42,732 bases of DNA from a virus (lineage: Duplodnaviria; Caudoviricetes). A model generated the notes under the pieces. The model was not told the origin of the DNA, ran no database searches, and was given only the letters and a program-made list of their open reading frames with translations. Position numbers and translations under genes: made by a program. The DNA lies in the IMG/VR virus record IMGVR_UViG_3300031953_000287, positions 1 to 42,732 of that record. One strand, 5' to 3'. Of this stretch, positions 35,935 through 42,732 are shown in pieces. Numbering within the stretch: position 1 is the stretch's first letter; every line of letters starts with the position of its first letter.

Positions 35935-37783
35935 TTACATAAACAGGATTTAGGGTATTTTTTCTTTTAGCATCCAAATACTTTCTCCATCCAAAATTAT
36001 AAGCTTCTGCGTTCCCTGTGGCCTTGTTGATTTCTAATAATAGGCCCGTTTCAACTTCAAAATGAATATCACATACCGGATTGTCTGAATAGTATCTATT
36101 TTTTAATACTGAAATTCTACCATGTATACCCTCGGCTTTTACTTCTTCGTCATACTCTTTTCTTACTGAAATAATATTATCAGCCTTATTTGCTATATCT
36201 GCGGAACCACTTATTTGTTCAAAATCCATATCGTCACCTTTTTTTAATGTTTTATTAGGATGAATAACTAAAATAATATGTGTATTATATGCTTGTGCTA
36301 AATCGTGGCACCTCTGAACGAAGTCGGCTTGTGCTTCTAACTTGTCAGCAGCTTGAACGGATAAAATGCTCATAAGGTTATCTATTACCACTAAATCAAA
36401 CTTATTTATTTTAATTTCAATTTCTACCATTTTGAATAACTGTGCTATGGTTTTTAGTTTAGATTCGCCTTTGTTGAATAAAGTAAACTTTCCTTTGTGC
36501 CACTCTTGTATAGCTTCTAAGACGTCTTTCTTTGGCTCCTTATGATACTTCCTATTAATTTTAATTGTATCGTAAGCGTTAACGTCACGTCCTATAACAC
36601 ATTGATACAATTCGTTTATCAATTTTTCCGGGTCACCCTCACCACTCATAAGATAAACTTTGTTATTTTTATCTATTGCATTAGCCATTATTTGTTTTGT
36701 AAATGTTGTTTTCCCTCCGTTACTTCTCCCAGCTATAAGAGTTACACATCCAGGGGCCAGTTCGTTTATTGCGTCATCTACACTATTAATCCCTGTTGGT
36801 ATATACTTTCCTGTTTTTGCTTTAAGGCCCATATAAGGTGTTTTGTCTAAATCCCTCCGGCCCTCGATTTTAAATCGACCGCTTTCAATTATTTTTATAA
36901 TCCTTTCTTCTTTAAAAAATATAAATTCCTCGTTTATATCATTGTGGGAGTATAATTTTTTATCTATTAACTTTGCCTTTTCTCCAAATGCTTCAACAAA
37001 TAACTGATCCATAACGGTTCCGGCCTTGTCATTGTCAGAAACTATTATTAAATTATCAAATTTATTTAAGTATTCTTTGGCCTGTTCTATTAATACATTT
37101 AAACTCCCAGCTCCAGCCCCAACACTAACTACATTCTTAAAACCGCATTGTGAAATAATCATGCAATCAAATTCACCCTCACATATGATTAATTCGGCCC
37201 CTGTTTCAATATTCTGTGAGTTAAATAGATAAGGTTTACTTCCTGTTATACTCTGCATTTTAGGTTTTCCGGGGTTTTTAATAGGTTTCCTTGTCTTATA
37301 CCCTATAACAGTTTCATGTTTAATATATGGAAATGCTATTTTCCCATCATAGGAACCTAGTTTAAATTCATTTATAGTAGTTGGTGTAATACCTCTTTTG
37401 CCTATATATTCAATACATTCATCAGTAATAGGCTTTACTTTCTTTAATTGCTCTGAAAATGTATCTCTATTAATTTGCATAGAGGTTTTTTTATAATCTT
37501 CTACACCTAATAATTCGCTTATTATTTCTTGATGTGAATAATTCAAGTGTTCTCTGTAGTAGCCATATAAGTCGATATTCATACCACACCCGAAACAATG
37601 ATACTGCAAAGCCTTTCTATCCCAACTCATACTTGGATCCTTATCACCATGAGTATGTGCTGCGGTATTAGGGCATCTATAACTTTTGCCTTTACTAACT
37701 AAATTCAAGCCGTTTGCTATTATGATTTCAGCCTGTTGACCGTACTTCTGTTTTATTTCCTCTATTTTTTCTATTTCATTCAT
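35903..37783 (-). CDS. Bifunctional primase-helicase (Zn finger + TOPRIM + DnaB/SF4)
   Basis: HGDKDPS..CFGC; ICEGEFD..DNDKAG; AGRSNGGKT; VIDNL; SGSADI. Confidence 0.92.
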   Translation of the reverse strand: MNEIEKIEEIKQKYGQQAEIIIANGLNLVSKGKSYRCPNTAAHTHGDKDPSMSWDRKALQYHCFGCGMNIDLYGYYREHLNYSHQEIISELLGVEDYKKTSMQINRDTFSEQLKKVKPITDECIEYIGKRGITPTTINEFKLGSYDGKIAFPYIKHETVIGYKTRKPIKNPGKPKMQSITGSKPYLFNSQNIETGAELIICEGEFDCMIISQCGFKNVVSVGAGAGSLNVLIEQAKEYLNKFDNLIIVSDNDKAGTVMDQLFVEAFGEKAKLIDKKLYSHNDINEEFIFFKEERIIKIIESGRFKIEGRRDLDKTPYMGLKAKTGKYIPTGINSVDDAINELAPGCVTLIAGRSNGGKTTFTKQIMANAIDKNNKVYLMSGEGDPEKLINELYQCVIGRDVNAYDTIKINRKYHKEPKKDVLEAIQEWHKGKFTLFNKGESKLKTIAQLFKMVEIEIKINKFDLVVIDNLMSILSVQAADKLEAQADFVQRCHDLAQAYNTHIILVIHPNKTLKKGDDMDFEQISGSADIANKADNIISVRKEYDEEVKAEGIHGRISVLKNRYYSDNPVCDIHFEVETGLLLEINKATGNAEAYNFGWRKYLDAKRKNTLNPVYVNDVETDELPY

Positions 37784-38438
37784 TATAAGGTACCTCCACA
37801 ATTTTTACTTTAGGCTTTTGTGAAGTTGTTTTTGTAGTTTCTATATAATCCATATACCCACCGTTAAAAAATGTACTACCGTAAGGAATAAATTTAATTT
37901 CAGTTTTCTTGTTTTCTTCTATAAATTGTTTAACACATTTTTCTAATTCTTCATATCCTAATTTTTTTAATAATTTAGGTATAGTTTTCATAGCAGAAGC
38001 TTTTCCTTTTTTATTTGGGTAAAGGCTCCATATCTTATCTGTGTTTATATCTGTGTTTATATATGGTATAGGTGCAACGTTTTCGGTATATCCATTTGAC
38101 GTTTTCGGTATATCCATTCCACCATATGGTATAATGTCTGTTACCAACGTTGTTAGGGTAAACCAGCGCGTTCTGTCATAACCGACTTTATTATAGTTGC
38201 CTACGAGTATTGCACCTTTATCTTTTAAAGATTTTAGTACTCTATCAATCTGTCTTTCACTCCAATATGGAAATAATTCACTAAATGCTCTAGTGCTATT
38301 ATAAGTCCAATAGAAGCCATCATAAAAGTGTGTCCTATTTGCTTTATTCTTGACTATCCAAAAATGCAAGTTGTTAATTACTATTGCTTCATCAACCCCA
38401 TATTTTTGTGCCATTTCAATATTAAAAGCGTGATCCAT
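37776..38438 (-). CDS. Replication initiator (winged helix plus C-terminal YPNKKGK domain)
   Basis: AQKYGVDEA..YWTYNS..FPYWS..YDRTRW; IWSLYPNKKGK..PYGSTFFN. Confidence 0.85.
   Translation of the reverse strand: MDHAFNIEMAQKYGVDEAIVINNLHFWIVKNKANRTHFYDGFYWTYNSTRAFSELFPYWSERQIDRVLKSLKDKGAILVGNYNKVGYDRTRWFTLTTLVTDIIPYGGMDIPKTSNGYTENVAPIPYINTDINTDKIWSLYPNKKGKASAMKTIPKLLKKLGYEELEKCVKQFIEENKKTEIKFIPYGSTFFNGGYMDYIETTKTTSQKPKVKIVEVPYNE
38037..38118. repeat. Iteron-like repeats (probable origin) inside the initiator gene
   Basis: ACGTTTTCGGTATATCCATT at 38077 and 38099 (22-bp period); ATCTGTGTTTAT twice at 38037-38060. Confidence 0.7.
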
Positions 38439-38651
38439 CGTTAATTCCTCCCTTTGTTTGAGAAAAGAATTATATTCCTGTATATTTTATATACATTTTG
38501 GTATATACTATAAATAGATTAATATTTAAGCATCTAACTGAATATAAATTTTCTCATTTAGCGAGTCGACCATGACTTGCTATTTTTCTTTTTTGCTTTG
38601 GTATTCTCATTATAAACCCTCTTTACGTTAAATTCTATACTTTGAGTTAAA

Positions 38652-38912
38652 TTATTTATATTGTTCTAGTAATACTCTAACTTTTTCAGCAATGGGTTTA
38701 TTGAGTTCAGAATGTCCTTTTTTATGTGATTCTAAAATAACACCTAACATTAATCTAAGTGTTTCCCTGTCTTTAATCAAAAGTTTAACTTCGTCTAATA
38801 TTTGCTTATTTCCACTCTCTAATAGCTTATTTCTTTTTTGAAAATCTTCGATTACTGATTCTAAACATTTAACTATTGGTAATTTTATATTCCTATTGTC
38901 TTTTATTATCAT
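38652..38912 (-). CDS. Hypothetical coiled-coil protein
   Basis: ORF track; directly follows the AbrB-like gene. Confidence 0.55.
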   Translation of the reverse strand: MIIKDNRNIKLPIVKCLESVIEDFQKRNKLLESGNKQILDEVKLLIKDRETLRLMLGVILESHKKGHSELNKPIAEKVRVLLEQYK

Positions 38913-39062
38913 TTATTTTTTACCATCCTTCTCAATAATTATCTTACCACCTTCAATAGATACATTCACATAGTCGCCTATAAATACACCTATCTCCCTT
39001 AATTCTGTTGTAAGTCTTACCAATGAAGCACCGCCAACTGTTCCCACTTTTCTTTTAGACAT
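38913..39062 (-). CDS. 49-aa AbrB/MazE-fold DNA-binding protein
   Basis: MSKRKVGTVGGASLVRLTTELREIGVFIGDYVNVSIEGGKIIIEK. Confidence 0.75.
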   Translation of the reverse strand: MSKRKVGTVGGASLVRLTTELREIGVFIGDYVNVSIEGGKIIIEKDGKK

Positions 39063-39082
39063 TTATATCACCTCTTTATTAC

Positions 39083-39111
39083 ATTATATACGATATGATA
39101 TGATATAGCAA
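39083..39111 (-). promoter_or_regulatory. Sigma-A promoter of the replication operon with ATATC x3 in the spacer
   Basis: TTGCTA-TATCATATCATATCGTA-TATAAT. Confidence 0.75.
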
Positions 39112-39175
39112 CCCTTTTTAATATTTAATTTTAGCAATAAAAATAAACCCCTAGAAAAAAATCTAAGGGTATTTG

Positions 39176-39589
39176 TTATTTTATATTATTTACAAAGGTT
39201 TCTACTATATAATTTATAAGTTGGTTACGGCTATAATGTTTTTCTTCACAAATGTGGTCTAGTCTATCAACTAAATCTAATTCCATAACTACATTAAAAG
39301 CTTTCTTAGTTATTTTCTTTTTAGTCTTAGTTGGTATCTTAAATATATCATCTTTAACTAGATTAGTTTTGTTGGCTACTTTTTTAGTCTGTGTAGTTGG
39401 CTTATCTTCAATACTTACATATTGTCTAGTTGCTGAACTGTATACATAACCATTCTTCTTAAATAAATCTGATATAGTACTCTTGTTTAGTTTTAAGTCT
39501 GTACTTATAGCACGTATACTCTCACCATTGGCTAGTCTATTGTTAATATTAGTTACTTCTTCTATTGAAAATTCCATTTGATACATCAC
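39176..39589 (-). CDS. HTH plus C-terminal RHH DNA-binding protein (plasmid-type, possibly partition/copy control)
   Basis: GESIRAISTDLKLNKSTIS..; KAFNVVMELDLVDRLD..SRNQLINYIV. Confidence 0.65.
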   Translation of the reverse strand: MMYQMEFSIEEVTNINNRLANGESIRAISTDLKLNKSTISDLFKKNGYVYSSATRQYVSIEDKPTTQTKKVANKTNLVKDDIFKIPTKTKKKITKKAFNVVMELDLVDRLDHICEEKHYSRNQLINYIVETFVNNIK

Positions 39590-39656
39590 CCCTAAAACTA
39601 GTATACCCCAAAAAATAAAAAAATACTCCTACATTTTACTGTAAGAGTAGACTAGT

Positions 39657-39854
39657 CTATAGTTTATCTGTGTAGCCTGTGCCTGTTGATGGATTTGATA
39701 AAATACCAGCTAGTACGAGTATTCCAAGTATTGCAGAACATATTTCTGTGTAGTTTGTTGGCAACACATCTACACCAAAACCCTCTAATATCATTGGTAT
39801 TAAAGCTAATATTGAAACCCATAAGCCGACATTTTTAAAACGTGAATTTTTCAT
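39657..39854 (-). CDS. Holin
   Basis: RFKNVGLWVS..two TM segments..GILSNPSTG. Confidence 0.85.
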   Translation of the reverse strand: MKNSRFKNVGLWVSILALIPMILEGFGVDVLPTNYTEICSAILGILVLAGILSNPSTGTGYTDKL

Positions 39855-39905
39855 TAATAATTACCTCCTCGAATATATTTAGATAGACCTTGACCACCTA
39901 CCTCT

Positions 39906-40583
39906 CTAAACTAAAGTAACAAAAGCCTTTATACCTAATTTATTTATTCTTTCAGCTTCTGCATCTGCATAACTTTTGTTTGAAAATGCGCCAACTTGAA
40001 TTTTAAAATAATGACCTTGTGGTGCTATGACATCAATATTTTTGTCAGAAACTTTGACAATCTTTTTTTCGACAAAAGGAACTTTTAAATATTCACATAC
40101 CCCACGCGCTATAAGTTCAGCTATTTTTTCGATATTGTTCATTATAAAAACACTGTCGAGCGGTGAATCGTGGAAGGCAACCTCTAAGTACGCAGCCACT
40201 GCAACAGTATGATTTAATTCATACAAATTATCATTCTGTCTACATCCTCTATCCGGCGTAGGTGTAAAAGCTTCTAATCTCTTATATATTGCATTTGATA
40301 GTTTAAAGCCACTATCACTCACATACATACTTTGAGTACCCCTAACGGCCTTATTAAACGCATTAGAATGTATAGCAATATGTATATCACACTTTAACTT
40401 ATTTGATTCTGCTACCGCTTGTTGAAAGGTCATACTTTTATGTGAAATATATGTTTGTTGTTTGCACCTCTCTAATATTCTTTTTGTTGCTTCGCCTACT
40501 TTGTGCATTTCGTCTTGTTCTGTTCCATAATTTCCGTAACCTATGTTTCTGTTTTGGTTTGATGGACTTAGATATATATTCAT
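39906..40583 (-). CDS. Endolysin: N-acetylmuramoyl-L-alanine amidase (Amidase_3) plus SPOR domain
   Basis: IYLSPSNQ..E..IAIHSNA..YLEVAFHD; FKIQVGAFS. Confidence 0.92.
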   Translation of the reverse strand: MNIYLSPSNQNRNIGYGNYGTEQDEMHKVGEATKRILERCKQQTYISHKSMTFQQAVAESNKLKCDIHIAIHSNAFNKAVRGTQSMYVSDSGFKLSNAIYKRLEAFTPTPDRGCRQNDNLYELNHTVAVAAYLEVAFHDSPLDSVFIMNNIEKIAELIARGVCEYLKVPFVEKKIVKVSDKNIDVIAPQGHYFKIQVGAFSNKSYADAEAERINKLGIKAFVTLV

Positions 40584-40595
40584 AATGTTTCCTCC

Positions 40596-40829
40596 TTATT
40601 TACTGCTTAATGTCCATATCATTGTTAAAATATTTAAAACTACAAAACCTATCGTAGTATTACGCATAATCTTATAAGTATCTAAAATAGATTGGACGTT
40701 AATTTCTATTCTAATATCGGTTTTTTCTATTTTTATAATATTTGTTTTAATATCTTTTACATCAACTTTAATACTTTTTATTTCTTCTTCGTGTTGTTCT
40801 AGCATAAGTTCCGTACGTTCTTCTCCCAT
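40596..40829 (-). CDS. XhlA-like coiled-coil/TM lysis protein
   Basis: Coiled coil plus C-terminal TM; upstream of the endolysin; RBS AGGAGG. Confidence 0.6.
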   Translation of the reverse strand: MGEERTELMLEQHEEEIKSIKVDVKDIKTNIIKIEKTDIRIEINVQSILDTYKIMRNTTIGFVVLNILTMIWTLSSK

Positions 40830-40893
40830 GTTGTGCCTCCTGTTTGTCATTTATCGCCTATTGTTTTTTGCCATGAAAGAAAATATAATAAAT

Positions 40894-40958
40894 TATAATC
40901 TTTCGGGATTATAGTATTTACCCTAAAGGTGGATTTTGCGATTGCCTTTAGGGTTTTT
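40894..40958 (+). ncRNA. Candidate antisense sRNA (~63 nt)
   Basis: TTGTTT-17-TATAAT 40861-40889; UUCG hairpin 40894-40913; plus-strand terminator 40920-40958. Confidence 0.5.
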
Positions 40959-40961
40959 ATG

Positions 40962-41006
40962 TTATTTTAGTTTATAAAAAAGCCACCAAAAAAAGTTTGG
41001 CATCAT
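40962..41006 (-). CDS. 14-aa aromatic peptide MMPNFFWWLFYKLK
   Basis: Strong RBS AAAGGAGGG correctly spaced before ATG. Confidence 0.5.
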   Translation of the reverse strand: MMPNFFWWLFYKLK

Positions 41007-41151
41007 AATAATCCCTCCTTTCCTCACCTTTTACATAAAAAAATAAGCACTGATTAGAGTGCTTATATCTTATTATTTAAATATTATGCTAGCTGAATCA
41101 TATATTCCTAAGTCGTCTTAATATAATGCATATTTAAAAAGAAAAGAGCAC

Positions 41152-41973
41152 TTAATTAGTGCTCTTCCTATATAATGCAATAAAACCTCTTGAATGTTCT
41201 GTTGGTTCTTCTGTTATATTAAACATTAACATAGAGAAGAACATTGATATTTTTCCTAATTGATTATAAAGCTTGTATTTATACCAAAATTCACTTACAT
41301 TGTCACCATCATCATTAATATTATTTATAAAGAGTAATTTTTCTCGCTTAAGTCCCTTTACACTAGAAAATCTATTTTCAATAGCATTCATATCATACCT
41401 TTTTTCATATCCATGATGATAATGTTCGGTAACAGATTCACTAAATTCTGGACTATAAGGAGCTGTGAATATAAAGTAACCATCATTTTTTAAAACACGA
41501 CTAATTTCATGTATAGCATCTATGTCCCCTCTATCTGGAATATGCTCCAATGCACTTATAGAGCATATAGCATCAAATGTTGAGTTTTCATAAGTCATTT
41601 TTGTTGCATCTTGACATTCTATAAAAAACTTTTTATCAAGTTCTTCGATTCCACCGATATTATAAAGATAATGCTTTTGCATTTCAAGTTGTTTCAAATC
41701 TATGTCGGTTGCATAGGTATTACATTTAAACTCATTGAAAATCAATGTAGCCCAAGTTGTACTTGAACTTCCAATATCCAACACTTTCGAATCATGATTA
41801 AGTTTGTCTTTTAACCACCTGTATGGAAAAACATACTCATAATTTCTATAAATATCTATTCCTGATGTTTCTCTATTGCTATCAATTTTACAGTTAATGA
41901 AATACAATTCGATTAAGTCTTGTAGCAATTCTTCATCAATATTAATTTTCTTAATATATTCTTCAAATATCAT
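41152..41973 (-). CDS. Class I SAM-dependent methyltransferase (Methyltransf_11-like; not DNA-type)
   Basis: VLDIGS..DATKMTYENSTFDAICSISALEHI..EISRVLK.DG..IFTAP. Confidence 0.85.
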   Translation of the reverse strand: MIFEEYIKKINIDEELLQDLIELYFINCKIDSNRETSGIDIYRNYEYVFPYRWLKDKLNHDSKVLDIGSSSTTWATLIFNEFKCNTYATDIDLKQLEMQKHYLYNIGGIEELDKKFFIECQDATKMTYENSTFDAICSISALEHIPDRGDIDAIHEISRVLKNDGYFIFTAPYSPEFSESVTEHYHHGYEKRYDMNAIENRFSSVKGLKREKLLFINNINDDGDNVSEFWYKYKLYNQLGKISMFFSMLMFNITEEPTEHSRGFIALYRKSTN

Positions 41974-42097
41974 CTCATCATCTCCTATAATGTAATTCTC
42001 CTTATTATACTGCATTTTATAGGAAATAAACAGGTTATATGGAAAACAAAGCCTTATTAGTCAAATATCAAATTATAAGTATATTTTTATTATACTT

Positions 42098-42125
42098 ATG
42101 TCGTACTGTTATCATAAGACGTTAT
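42098..42125. repeat. 28-bp 11-6-11 junction site
   Basis: ATGTCGTACTG TTATCA TAAGACGTTAT. Confidence 0.6.
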
Positions 42126-42127
42126 AA

Positions 42128-42732
42128 CTATGCTAAATTTTCTGTGACTAATTTATTTATTCCTGTCGCAGTATCAGATATTGCATTTCCAGTCGTTTTT
42201 ATTATATTATGTTTAACAATATAATAATCACTAATAGGAAGACCACCAGCATCAAGCACCATTATTCCATCATTTGCAATGTCTTGTATAACATTTCCAG
42301 TTATCACTTGGTTTCTACATGAAATTAATCTTATACCTCTAGCGTAAGCATAACTATTACCTTTTAGTATATTATTCCCAACTATAAGTCCCTCAACGTT
42401 TTGAACTAATATCCCATATTGCAAATCTGTAGATATAGATTTTGAACCCCATGACATAATTTGATTACCCTCGATAATAACCCCTTTTGGTGTTCCAGAA
42501 ATTGATATTAATTTGATTGTACCACCTGTACAACCCCAAAACTTATTATTTTTAATGCTTATTCCATAACCAATGGCAGTAAATTCTATAGCATTATGGA
42601 TTTCAGCAATATTAATAGGATCTTGTGCTAAAAAACTGCAACCCTCAATATTAATTCCCCAAGCACTAGCAGTATCACAATAAATACCTTTTTCAGTCAT
42701 ATCGAAGCCACAATTTTTTATATCACCACTTG
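42128..42732 (-). CDS. Tailspike beta-helix, 3' part (joins 1..1602)
   Basis: Right-handed beta-helix repeats (I.GN.I); in frame across the terminal overlap. Confidence 0.9.
   Translation of the reverse strand, partial: SGDIKNCGFDMTEKGIYCDTASAWGINIEGCSFLAQDPINIAEIHNAIEFTAIGYGISIKNNKFWGCTGGTIKLISISGTPKGVIIEGNQIMSWGSKSISTDLQYGILVQNVEGLIVGNNILKGNSYAYARGIRLISCRNQVITGNVIQDIANDGIMVLDAGGLPISDYYIVKHNIIKTTGNAISDTATGINKLVTENLA
42503..42732. repeat. Terminal overlap copy 2
   Basis: Matches 1-230 except at one base. Confidence 0.97.

Noticed and set aside
16986-41137. Weaker junction-site candidates at about 16986, 20669, 21523, 27641, 38622, 40851 and 41110
   Set aside because: The left arm with CG and the position after a stop fit, but the core or right arm does not; left out pending a PWM scan
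656-42224. Many plus-strand ORFs in the track (e.g. 656-913, 986-1303, 4458-5063, 29291-29746)
   Set aside because: They are antisense shadows of recognisable minus-strand genes, with no RBS or family motifs
42503-42732. 230-bp repeat as a biological direct terminal repeat
   Set aside because: It falls mid-gene and has a 127-nt perfect block; the PBSX-type terminase with SPP1 portal suggests headful packaging, so it is treated as an assembly overlap
1-42732. CRISPR array, tRNA, rRNA, IS element or integrase
   Set aside because: No regularly spaced repeat-spacer array, cloverleaf, transposase or recombinase motif was seen by eye

Overview
Complete genome of an AT-rich Firmicutes siphovirus, most likely infecting Clostridium. 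It is a 42,502-bp circle: 1-230 is repeated at 42503-42732 with one mismatch, and the cut falls inside a 658-aa BppU/beta-helix tailspike gene (1602->1 joined to 42502->42128) that the ORF track shows only in part. Almost all genes are on the minus strand, in this order: lysis; HTH-RHH, AbrB-like, Rep and primase-helicase; accessory genes (Arc, HNH, YopX, Ltp, DarA_C-like); divergent cI/cro switch; ERF, DUF1351, sigma factor, SSB, AbrB; three DNA methyltransferases; late activator; terminase; SPP1-type head; tail; tailspike; SAM-methyltransferase moron. No integrase or ParA was seen, and the replication genes sit where the integrase usually is, which suggests a phage-plasmid. Most notable observations: (1) about 12 co-oriented 28-bp 11-6-11 quasi-palindromic sites at accessory-gene junctions, resembling tyrosine-recombinase/dif sites; (2) two paralogous self-contained cassettes (69-aa protein ending SIFG(V/I) plus an Arc-like RHH) sharing promoter, operator and 5'UTR hairpin, reminiscent of acr-aca operons; (3) insertions that replace the host gene's 3' end and leave relic C-termini (gp7, MT-A70, arc); (4) several plus-strand small RNA or peptide units. 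All family calls come from motif recognition by eye, not database searches.
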